64,000 nt of DNA. Origin: Octopus sinensis (taxonomy: Eukaryota). The stretch is from the NCBI RefSeq assembly GCF_006345805.1, contig NC_043004.1, positions 41,974,001-42,038,000 of the forward strand, given 5' to 3'. The number at the start of each line of letters is the position of its first letter. The stretch's first letter is position 1. Under the pieces are notes generated by a model. That model ran no database searches and had not been told where the DNA came from. It saw only the letters and a list, made by a program, of their open reading frames with translations. Shown piece after piece: positions 1 through 11,944 of this stretch. The translations under genes were made by a program, and so were the position numbers.

Positions 1-159
1 CGATAAATGAGAAATCAAACGCCCTTGTAAGAGGCACAGAGTAACCAAAAAGTTACTATTCGATATTTTATCGATGACACAATTGGTCAGTAGTTAGCGA
101 ATAATTTTAGAGTCGATGTAAATTTGATATATGTGATAATGCCGTCGCATCTCACTCAC

Positions 160-247
160 CATCCACCGGGCCGCCGTCTTTTCCAGTCTGTTAGTACCAT
201 ATGAAATGTTTCTATGTTGTGAGAGGCAAGATTTTTCAAAATTGATT
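160..247 (-). CDS. Candidate 88-bp host exon, product unknown
   Basis: On the minus strand, ttctttacAG precedes the exon and GTGAGT follows it. Two frames are open (SILKNLASHNIETFHMVLTDWKRRRPGG or INFEKSCLSQHRNISYGTNRLEKTAARWM). The sequence is non-repetitive, but I do not recognise the peptide. Confidence 0.35.
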
Positions 248-1465
248 CTGTAAAGAATGGAGGAATAAAAGAGAAAAATAGAGGCAAGAAGAACTCGGTA
301 CATGCCTTACTGAACTCATTTCTAAATATCTTCACTAACTCTTTTCATTATAGCTATCAGCCTTTCCACTCACATCTGTGACACAAATCAGTTAAAAGAA
401 AGAATAATAAAATGATAATGATTTAATCCTATTTCAGTTTATTGCTGGAGGAGTTTCAGAAATCGTAGAGTTTATTCTTTTTGACTTGTAAAATAGAATA
501 CGAAAGAAATATTTCACATGTCATGAATGAAGGAAAGGTTGCTCAAAAATAAAATTACTAATTTGTTTTCTGATCGTGTGGTCTGTTTTTGGCTTTGGCT
601 TAACAGAATGTTTTCATCGCATGATACTTATATTTATAGAAATTATTAATTCGTTCACAGTTGTGATTTCGTAAATTTTAGCCGGTCATATATTTTTGTC
701 AATCTACTACCATTTATTTACTTGGAATTTAATATTTCTCCACAGGATTATGCTTAGACAATAGCCAGCAATACTTCAGCCACAGTAGAGCTGAAGAAAA
801 TTCCAATAAGTACGCAAAAGGTAGATCTTCAGATGGTAGTCTCGTGCTTTCAAATTAAATTACATACTTTGAAAAGCAAAAGAAATTTCTTTTGACATTT
901 ACCCCCAAATGACACGGCGTAACTTGATATATATTGTTGATTTTTCTGTTTCTTTTTGCTGCCTCTAGCTTATGAGTTGAGTAAATAATCCTTTATGATC
1001 CATTGGATCGTTGAAACGCCGTTGGAGATTCAGTATTTATTGAAAATGCACAGGAATGGGTTTCACAAAGCTAGGGATCTACAAATCGCTGCCATGGTAG
1101 TGAGTGTATTATTACGTTGCTTGAATTCAGTCTCATATAGAGAGGGGAAGAGAGAAAGAGGGGAGAGAGGGGAGAGATAGACGACAGAAAGGAGAGAGTG
1201 GGAGAGAGAGAAGAGAGAGGGGTGAGATAAGGGGGAGAGATGCGAAAGAGAAAGCGAAAGAGGGGGAACAGAGACAAAGATGTATGCATGTATGTATATA
1301 TACATATATATATGTATATATGTATGTATATATGTATGTATATATATATGCGTATATATATATATATTATATATATATATATATACAATGCAGCGTGGAA
1401 GGTGTTTATAAGCCATTTAAGAAACACACAAAAGCCGTTCGATTCACTTCAACATTTAAGTTTAA

Positions 1466-1515
1466 TTTGTCAAAATATTTTCGTCGCTGAAATCCGTGAC
1501 CTGTTCACTGACAAA
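1466..1515 (-). ncRNA. Minimal hammerhead ribozyme motif, G3-C8 variant (inverted copy)
   Basis: Reverse complement of 1546-1595 with one mismatch in stem II. Confidence 0.55.
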
Positions 1516-1545
1516 AATCCGTGCTGCACGGATGCAGCACGGATT

Positions 1546-1595
1546 TTTGTCAGTGAACAGGTCGCGGATTTCAGCGACGAAAATATTTTGACAAA
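1546..1595 (+). ncRNA. Minimal hammerhead ribozyme motif, G3-C8 variant
   Basis: TTTGTCA-GTGAACA-G-GTCGC-GGATTTCA-GCGAC-GAA-AATATT-T-TGACAAA: 7-bp stem I, 5-bp stem II, palindromic helix III (AATATT). Confidence 0.6.
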
Positions 1596-1793
1596 TTAAA
1601 CTTAAATGTTGAAGTGAATCGAACGGCTTTTGTGTGTTTCTTAAATGGCTTATAAACACCTTCACGCTGCAATTGTTTTCGTTTCAGCACACGATCTCAG
1701 ATCAAATTACTTGCTATGCGAGTACATCTCCGTAATATATATATATATATATATAATATATATATAATATATATATATATAATATATATAATA

Positions 1794-4160
1794 AATATTA
1801 GGGAATAAATCCAAATTTACAGGGAAAAAAATCAGATTTAGGATTAAATCCATTTTATAGTAAAATATTATAAAATATTATTAGAGACAAAACCACTATT
1901 TTGCAAAACAAACAAGGAAAGACTTAATCATACATAAAATTTTAATAAATAGTCAAAAAAACCGCCACTACAATCGTTTCTTGTCTTGATCGACAATCTT
2001 CAGGTGGACTTCCAATCTAAAAAATCAATATTTTAGAATATAAAAATAATAATTTTAAAATAATTAAAGTATGAATGAAAAAATATAAGTATATAATCCA
2101 TATATAACCTATATATAATCCATATATAATCAATATATAAACAATATATAAACTAAAAAAAACCTATCAACAATTAAATATAAATATAAACTATAAAATA
2201 TAAAATATAAAATATAAAACAAAACAAAAAAATAATAATAATATAATAATAAACTATATATACACCCATACACATATACCTAATTATATATAACCATATC
2301 TAACTACATACACTAAATCACACACCTATATATATATCCCTATACATACACATAAAAACGTCTAGGCAACTATAAATAAATAAAATAGCTAAATACTTCA
2401 ACACAATACTTATTCATACTCCCACACACACACACATACAACCCACATTCACGCTCTAGAAAACGGACATAACTCAAAACTATGAACAGAGAAATGGAAT
2501 AAATGGAATTAAAAATTATATTCACTTGGTAAAAACGAACACTACTTAAAAATTATGAATGAAACAATGCAATAAAACAACATACATCGCAAATAGACAC
2601 AAATTACTACGAATTCCTTAACAAACATATCATGATAAACCAAAAACTCATAAAAACATATAATGATAAAATCTCCCTTTACTAAACTCTATAACAAACC
2701 TATATAGCAATCCCCCTAACCTAAACATTCACACACAAATACACACACGTAAACCACACACCCACGACATATACAAATACCCACACCACTTACACATACC
2801 AATACATACATATAAACCTCAACATATACTCCAAAAACCCACTCAACCCCACACAGACAAATAAACACAAAAATTATGAATGGATTCTTTTATAAAACTA
2901 CCATGATAAACTAAAAACACAACAACAAAACAGAAATGATAAAACCTCCCTTTACTAAACACTATAACATACTTAAATAGCAATCCCTTTAACCTATACA
3001 TTCACACACAAAAAAAAACACACACGTAAACCACACACCCATAACAAATACAAACACCCACCCCACTCACACACACCCACAAGTACATATAAGCCTCAAC
3101 ATATACACCAAACAAAATTACTTTAAGGAACTTAACATATGTATAAAAAGTATAACCGCTCTGGAAACGAACATCTCTAAATTAATGAATGGAGAAATGG
3201 AATAAATGGAATAAAAATAATATTCACGTGGCAAAACGAACACCACTCAAAAATTATGAATGAAACAATGTAATAAAACAACCAACATCGAAAATAGACA
3301 AATTACCACGAATTCCCTAAAAAAAACCATGATAAACCAAAACTCAAAAACATATAACGATAAAATCTCCCTTGCTAAACTCTATAACAAACCTATATAA
3401 TAATCCCCCTAACCTAAACATTCACACACAAATACACACACGTAAACCACAGACCCACGACTTATACACACCTATACTAACTTATAAACCTCAATATACA
3501 CCAAAACCCACTCACTCCCCACACAGACAAATTAACACATACATCCCAAAACCTAAATAACAAACCCATATACACATTCACACACAAACACACACACACG
3601 CAAAACACACACACACACAACGGATACATATACTCCCTCACATATACGCATATACATACTCACTAAACTCGATATATACAACAATATTTACACACCCACA
3701 CTCATACAGATAAATAAATTATACAACTAAAAACTCACACACAAACTCATATACATAAACACTCCTATGAAAACAACATTAAATACATCGTAATTAACCA
3801 GAATATCAAAAATAACAATATGACATAAGGATAAATAAAAGACATACTTACAAGTCAGTTTCAAATTATGAAGTGAAATTAAATTCTTAGCCGTTAAAAA
3901 AATCAAACCAAAATTACGTTACCATAGAAATAACTTATGTAAAAAAAGAATACGCGCCATGGAAAGTAAACGTCATTTAAATTATGAATGGAGAAAAAGA
4001 ATAAATGGAACTAATAACTATATCCACGTGGCAAACCAACACTACTTAAAAAATTTTTATTATGAATGGATTCTTTAAAAAACTACCATGAAAAATCATT
4101 ATATACATTTATGAGCTTTAGCTCACCTTAGCAGCTCTAACAACAACTTGCAGTAACCCA
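1794..4160 (-). repeat. PLE-1 downstream pLTR (about 2.36 kb)
   Basis: Nearly identical to 8302-10653; the differences seen are mostly homopolymer-length indels. Confidence 0.9.
1965..2007 (-). ncRNA. Minimal type I hammerhead ribozyme (PLE-1 downstream pLTR)
   Basis: CCAC-CTGAAGA-TTGTC-GATCAA-GACAA-GAAAC-GATT-GTA-GTGG: canonical core, GUA triplet, near-palindromic helix III. Confidence 0.88.
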
Positions 4161-5730
4161 AACCCATTCTCTATGCTACCTCACTACTACACTATTCCAT
4201 TCACAATTCCAAGCAACGCTAGTCCACCACCCGGTTATTCACGTGGCAAAACGAACACCACTCAAAAATTATGAATGAAACAATGTAATAAAAGAACCAA
4301 CATCGAAAATAGACAAATTACCACGAATTCCCTAAAAAAACCATCACCTTAGCAGCTCTAACAAACAACTTGCAGTAACCCAAACCTATTCTCGATGCCT
4401 ACCTCACTACCACACTAATCCATTCACAATTCCAAGCAACACTAGTCCACCACCCGGTTACAATTCCCAACTCCACCCATTCATTCACAATTTCAACGAC
4501 ATTCGCCTCCACAGCGCTACATATAAACCTCAACATATACACCGGAGATACACTTACACATCCGTGCGGATGGGTGGTGAGAGTATATATTGAGTGTAGT
4601 GATGGGGCTCCCATTACTATACACATTTGTACCTGTGTGGTAGTCTCCATGTGTATATTCACGCACGGGTATAAATGCAGGGGGTACACGCGCACGTCAT
4701 TTGCGTGTACCCCCTCACATGTACATATGCATGCTATTTGGGCTCGATATATGCAACAATGTAATCGCGCCCGCATACATGCATATGGGCGAATTGCACA
4801 ATCAAAAAACGCACACGTGTGTGTGTGCGTTCCCTGGTTGTGCAATTCACCCATCTGGGTGTGAGTGGGTGGTGTAAGCGTTCGCTGTGATGTCGAGCTT
4901 GATACGTATGTATATGAGTGTGTATTAGGGGGTTGTACGTATTAATTGTGTGCATGTGCTTCACGCATTGCGTCCATGTATGGATGAATATATTGGGATT
5001 ACTATGTGGGTGTAAATTGGGTATGGAGGGGGGAGTTTTGTCATTGTATGGGTGTGGGTTTCATTTGTGATGGTGGTTTAGTGGTGATTTTTAGTATGTT
5101 CTGTATATTTGGGTTAGTTATGTATTATTCTAGTGTGTATAATTGTATACATATAATTGGTGTGAATGGGATTAAGCCCATTTTTGGGGATGTATGTGTT
5201 TATTTATCCATGTGGGGCGGGAGTGGCCGTTAGGTGTATATGCTGAGGCTCACATGCAATTCCAGGTACAACGAATGAAGCGGGCACTTATATTTGTTAT
5301 GGGTGTGTGTACTTTATTATAACAGACAATACCCAAATAAAATCTGTCAATTCAACATACCAAATAAAAAACAAAAAACATTGGGATCTTAAACATTCAC
5401 ACATACATACAAATCTCAATAAAAACACCACTAAATAACACCCATAAACATATAAATATATCCTCCAAAATACATATAACAAATGCATAATAAAAATACA
5501 TAATAAAATAAAATAAAATAAAAAAATTAAAAAAAACAAAAAAACCCTAATAAATTATTAAAGTTTTAACGTACCATAAACTGTTAAATTAATATACATT
5601 AAAATGAATAATTAAAAAAAGAAATATCAATAAAGACTAACTATAATTAAAGCCTAGACACATAACCAAAAATATATTATCTAAACTAATTCAAACTAAA
5701 CTAAAGTAACCTAAAAGGGAACTATTATTG

Positions 5731-8224
5731 CTATTTATCATGAAACTTATTATATAGGTAAAGTAACTTATGTCTGCATTTTATTTTGCGCTCTTCACCA
5801 GTATTAAGTAAATTATCATACTTATAAAATAAAATTTCTTTAAACTCATTAGAGCATAAATAACAACAATTAGCTCCTATAGTATATGATTTAGTTTTAC
5901 AAATTATTTCCCAAAGTAAACTATAATTAATATTTAGTGATTTAAGACTCCAAATGTACTTACTAAGTCCGGTTGAGTTGATTAAGTTTTTATTTTTAAA
6001 AGAATTCATATGTTGTGCGATTCTTAGTTTTATTTTTGAGGAAGTAGAACCTATATAAACCGCTTGTGTAATTATTATTCTTAAAGTTATATCATGTAAT
6101 GTAACTATACATTTATACACTACATCGTTAATATCACAATTATTATTTAATATACAATTAGATTTATCTCTACATGTACAATTAATATAAGTCTTATCAT
6201 TATTAATATTATTATCAAATAATTTCTTTTTATAAAAATTATTCAGTTTATATTTATTAAATGAAGAAATAAATAATGTTACCAACATTATTAGTGGTAG
6301 AGTAACCAACTCCAAAATTATTAAAAGAGAAAATGTCTCTATATTTACGATTATCTCTAATAAATAGTTCTATAACATCTAAAATCTCTTTAATAATATT
6401 CGTTTTTACTTGATCTCCATAAGGAACTATTAACCAAATTTTATTCTTATTACCTTATTATTATTATCATTATTATAAATATATTTATAATTCTTTATTT
6501 TATTAAAATTATTATCAGAATTATATCTATGTACAGCATTTAAGGAATTATTAATATTATTAAATTTATCAATATAATTATTATAATAATTATTAAATTA
6601 TTTTTATTTATATTATTCTTATTTATATTATTATTATTATATTTATTATTATTATTATTATTCTTATTTATATTTTTATCATTTTTTTATTTTTTTTATA
6701 ATATCTATTATTTTTACCACTAAACCTAACAAAATTATAATTATTATTAGAAGTATCTCGAAAATTAACAATTAAATCTTTATCACTAATATTATAAAAT
6801 TTAATATTCCTATTATAACCTGCCCCTCTAAGGGCCTCATTATAATAATTAGCAGGTTTATTAAAAATCTCTATATCATAAGAGAGTAATGAAATACGTT
6901 TACTTATATTATTAATCAACGATTTTTTAATAGAAAATGGGTGATTACTATTAACATTTATATATCTAAGGTTCTCATTAAGTTTATGATATGGTTGTGT
7001 TTTACCTGTAATAAGATTAAAATTAACATCTAAATAATTAACATTATAATTCTCCTTATATATAGTAATACTTAAACCATATCTTTTAAAGAAACTATAT
7101 AGTTTTTTCTTATATACTTCTAGATACCTATTAGTACAATTCTTTGTAACTAGTAGAAGATCGTCTCTATATAAACCACCCTCTATCTTAAGATTTTCTA
7201 ATTGGAGTTCAGATAAAAAAAAATACCTACTAAATCAGTAGCCTGTGCAGAATCTGGTGCTCCCATAGGTATATCAAAACAATCTCTAGTATCATTCCTA
7301 GCCCATAATTTATTTTTATATTTAATTAGCGATTTCCTAGCCATTTTAATTACATTAACTTCTTCCCGTGACATACCCACTTTATTCATTGCGAAAATAA
7401 GCGCTTTATTAAACACAATTTCATTAATAGAAGAATAATAATTATCTATATCTATTTGAATAAATTTATAACGATTTTTATCTTTAATATTATTAAACCA
7501 TTTCAATGTATTATTATTACTAAACCATAATTTTAAAATAATTAAGTTTATTTAACTTATCAATATATTTATCTAAAATAAATTTACTTAATTTACCTAG
7601 GTCCGATTTACATGGGCAAATTAATCTAACTTTAGGGTCTGAATAAAAATTATCTTTATGGTCTTTAAGAGTAATTCTGGGGTGCAAAGGTACATAAGGT
7701 TCAGTTTTATTATCCAACTCATATTTTAACATTACTACTTTAGAGGCCTTATTAATATTATAAAGAATATCATCTGGAACAATTTTATATTTTTTATTAT
7801 TTCTTTCCCTAATAGTTTATCATATATTTAACATCTAATTTATATAAGTTCCTTGTTTTATCAGATTGTACTATAATACCATCCATATTTCTCATATCTT
7901 TATTTTAATTGCTAAATTCCTTAAATATTCATTATTTCTATTTGGGTATTTATGGAATTCAATATTTTTTACCACCTTCCATATACTATCTTCAAGTAAT
8001 TGTAATTCTTTATTAAATGGAGGTTCCTTTCTAGATTTAAATTTAGAGGTAAAATTATCATTCCTACTATCAATATCATTAAATAAATAAAAATTATAGT
8101 AAAAAGCTTTCCATTTAATTCTAGAAATAAAATCTTTAACATTATTAACAAGTTTCAAGATAAATTCCTTTCTAGAAGGAATAGGAATATCTTTCAAAGA
8201 TGAATCCCAAACAGCGGTTCTATC
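5731..8224 (-). pseudogene. PLE-1 RT-GIY-YIG polyprotein, frameshifted in this sequence
   Basis: SLKDIPIPS N-terminus, FIQIDIDNYYSSI, PMGAPDS, GGLYRDD (about 7160-7180), CxCx5Cx5C linker, VVYKC..YIGST..RIAQH, CYLC, KCRHK. Confidence 0.9.
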
Positions 8225-8301
8225 TTACCTGTAAAATCCATAATTTACGAAATTGAGGTATTACATTCAATATACAAAATTATCAATATTATATAAATAA
8301 T

Positions 8302-10653
8302 AATATTAGGGAATAAATCCAAATTTACAGGGAAAAAAATCAGATTTAGGATTAAATCCAATTTTATAGTAAAATATTATAAAATATTATTAGAGACAAA
8401 ACCACTATTTTGCAAAACAAACAAGGAAAGACTTAATCAATACATAAAATTTTAAAATAAATAGTCAAAAAAACCGCCACTACAATCGTTTCTTGTCTTG
8501 ATCGACAATCTTCAGGTGGACTTCCAATCTAAAAAATCAATATTTTAGAATATAAAAATAATATTTTAAAATAATTAAAGTATGAATGAAAAAATATAAG
8601 TATATAATCCATATATACCTATATATAATCCATATATAATCAATATATAAACAATATATAAACTAAAAAAACCTATCAACATTAAATATAAATATAAACT
8701 ATAAAATATAAAATATAAATAATAAACAAAACAAAAAAAATAATATAATATAATAATAAACTATATATACACCCATACACATATACCTAATTATATATAA
8801 CCATATCTAACTACATACACTAAATCACACACCTATATATATCCTATACATACACATAAAAACGTCTAGGCAACTATAAATAAATAAAATAGCTAATACT
8901 TCAACACAATACTTATTCATACTCCCACACACACACACATACAACCCACATTCACGCTCTAGAAAACGGACATAACTCAAAACTATGAACAGAGAAATGG
9001 AATAAATGGAATTAAAAATTATATTCACTTGGTAAAAAACGAACACTACTTAAAAATTATGAATGAAACAATGCAATAAAACAACATACATCGCAAATAG
9101 ACACAAATTACTACGAATTCCTAACAAACATATCATGATAAACCAAAAACTCATAAAAACATATAATGATAAAATCTCCCTTTACTAAACTCTATAACAA
9201 ACCTATATAGCAATCCCCCTAACCTAAACATTCACACACACAAATACACACACGTAAACCACACACCCACGACATATACAAATACCCACACCACTTACAC
9301 ATACCAATACATACATATAAACCTCAACATATACTCCAAAAACCCACTCAACCCACACAGACAAATAAACACAAAAATTATGAATGGATTCTTTTAGAAA
9401 ACTACCATGATAAACTAAAACTCACAAAACAGAAATGATAAAACCTCCTCTTTACTAAACACTATAACATACTTAAATAGCAATCCCTTTAACCTATACA
9501 TTCACACCAAAAAACACACACGTAAACCACACCCCATAACAAATACAAACCCCACCCCACTCACACACACCCACAAGTACATATAAGCCTCAACATATAC
9601 ACCAAACAAATTACTTTACCAAGGAACTTAACATATGTATAAAAAGTATAACCGCTCTGGAAACGAACATCTCTAAATTAATGAATGGAGAAATGGAATA
9701 ATGGAATTAAAAATAATATTCACGTGGCAAAACGAACACCCCTCAAAAATTATGAATGAAACAATGTAATAAAACAACCAACATCGAAAATAGACAAATT
9801 ACCACGAATTCCCTAAAAAAAACCATGATAAACCAAAACTCTTAAAAACATATAACGATAAAATCTCCCTTTGCTAAACTCTATAACAAACCTATATAAT
9901 AATCCCCTAACCTAAACATTCACACACAAATACACACACGTAAACCACAGACCCACGACTTATACACATACCTATACTAACTTATAAACCTCAATATACA
10001 CCAAAACCCACTCACTCCCCACACAGACAAATTAACACATACATCCCAAAACCTAAATAACAAACCCATATACACATTCACACACAAACACACACACACG
10101 CAAAACACACACACACAACGGATACATATACTCCCTCACATATACGCATATACATACTCACTAAACTCGATATATACAACAATATTTACACACCCACACT
10201 CATACAGATAATAAATTATACAACTAAAAACTCACACACAAACTCATATACATAAACACTCCTATGAAACAACATTAAATACATCGTAATTAACCAGAAT
10301 ATCAAAAATAACAATATGACATAAGGATAAATAAAAGACATACTTACAAGTCAGTTTCAAATTATGAAGTGAAATTAAATTCTTAGCCGTTAAAAAATCA
10401 AACCAAAATTACGTTACCATAGAAATAACTTATGTAAAAAAAGAATACGCGCCATGGAAAGTAAACGTCATTTAAATTATGAATGGAGAAAGAATAAATG
10501 GAACTAATAACTATATCCACGTGGCAAACCAACACTACTTAAAAAATTTTATTATGAATGGATTCTTTAAAAAACTACCATGAAAAATCATTATATACAT
10601 TTATGAGCTTTAGCTCACCTTAGCAGCTCTAACAAACAACTTGCAGTAACCCA
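8302..10653 (-). repeat. PLE-1 upstream pLTR
   Basis: Direct copy of 1794-4160. Confidence 0.9.
8477..8519 (-). ncRNA. Minimal hammerhead ribozyme (PLE-1 upstream pLTR)
   Basis: Identical to 1965-2007. Confidence 0.88.
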
Positions 10654-11672
10654 ATGAAAAAATATAAGTATATACTCCATATATAACCTATATATAATCC
10701 ATATATAATCAATATATAAACATATATAACTACAAAAAAAACCTATCAACAATTAAATATAAATATAAACTATAAAATATAAATATAAATATAAAACAAA
10801 ACAAAAAATAATAATAATATAATAATAAACTATATAACAACCCATACACATATACCTAATTATATATAACCATATCTAACTACATACACTAAATCACACA
10901 CCTATATATATATCCCTATACATACACATAAAAACGTCTAGGCAACTATAAATAAATAAAATAGCTAAATACTTCAACACAATACTTATTCATACTCCCA
11001 CACACACACACATACAACCCACATTCACGCTCTAGAAAACGGACATCACTCAAAACTATGAACAGAGAAATTCATAGTTTTGAGTGATGTCCGTTTTCTA
11101 GAGCGTGAATGTGGTTTGTATGTGTGTGCGTGTGGGAGTATGAATAAGTATTGTGTTGAAGTATTTAGCTATTTTATTTATTTATAGTTGCCTAGACGTT
11201 TTTATGTGTATGTATAGGGATATATATATAGGTGTGTGATTTAGTGTATGTAGTTAGATATGGTTATATATAATTAGGTATATGTGTATGGGTGTATATA
11301 TAGTTTATTATTATATTATTATTATTTTTTTGTTTTGTTTTATATTATATTTTATATTTTATAGTTTATATTTATATTTATTGTTGATAGGTTTTTTTTA
11401 GTTTATATATTGTTATATATTGATTATATATGGATTATATATAGGTTATATATGGATTATATACTTATATTTTTTCATTCATACTTTAATTATTTAAAAT
11501 TATTATTTTTATATTCTAAAATATTGATTTTTTAGATTGGAAGTCCACCTGAAGATTGTCGATCAGACAAGAAACGATTGTAGTGGCGGTTTTTTTGACT
11601 ATTTATTAAAATTTTATGTATTGATTAAATCTTTCCTTGTTTGTTTTGCAAAATAGTGGTTTTGTCTCTAAT

Positions 11673-11673
<1 letters not shown>
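10654..11673. repeat. Fold-back of the PLE-1 pLTR: about 410-bp arms, 8-nt loop at 11063-11070
   Basis: 10654-11062 pairs with 11071 to about 11480; the inverted arm continues to 11673. Confidence 0.9.
11545..11586 (+). ncRNA. Minimal hammerhead ribozyme (inverted PLE-1 pLTR)
   Basis: CCAC-CTGAAGA-TTGTC-GATCA-GACAA-GAAAC-GATT-GTA-GTGG. Confidence 0.85.
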
Positions 11674-11716
<43 letters not shown>

Positions 11717-11723
<7 letters not shown>

Positions 11724-11830
11724 ATCACGTAACCGACCAGACCATCAGATGTTGTTACACATCGCTGGTCACAATGCGTTCGCATTGTTTTAGCCTTCGG
11801 ATGACGCTACTCCGCTGGCTAAGCGAGCAG

Positions 11831-11833
<3 letters not shown>
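11717..11833 (-). mobile_element. SINE 3' fragment in (TA)n
   Basis: Matches the body of the SINE at 26683-26897 (catcagatgttg.tacacatcgctggtcacaatgcg). Confidence 0.65.
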
Positions 11834-11915
<82 letters not shown>

Positions 11916-11944
11916 TACAATATGTTACATTACTCGGTAGTCAA

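Larger units (their letters stand above)
1386..1735 (+). mobile_element. Solo PLE pLTR fragment with fold-back inversion (family F3)
   Basis: Near-perfect palindrome (arms 1386-1528 and 1533-1675, loop CGGA) plus a 60-nt unpaired tail ending in (TA)n. It contains a hammerhead-like motif. Confidence 0.75.
1794..11673 (-). mobile_element. PLE-1: Penelope-like element with RT + C-terminal GIY-YIG, direct pLTRs and an inverted pLTR
   Basis: RT and EN reading frames at 5731-8224; direct repeats 1794-4160 and 8302-10653; inverted copy 11071-11673; (TA)n on both flanks; HHR in each pLTR. Confidence 0.92.

Noticed and set aside
746-860. Plus-strand acceptor tttctccacAG with a 37-codon open frame
   Set aside because: No recognisable peptide, no clear donor, and it lies opposite the 160-247 candidate exon.
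2480-4140. Recurrent AAAAATTATGAATG motif as a CRISPR-like array
   Set aside because: Eukaryotic context, irregular spacing, and the spacers are homologous to each other.
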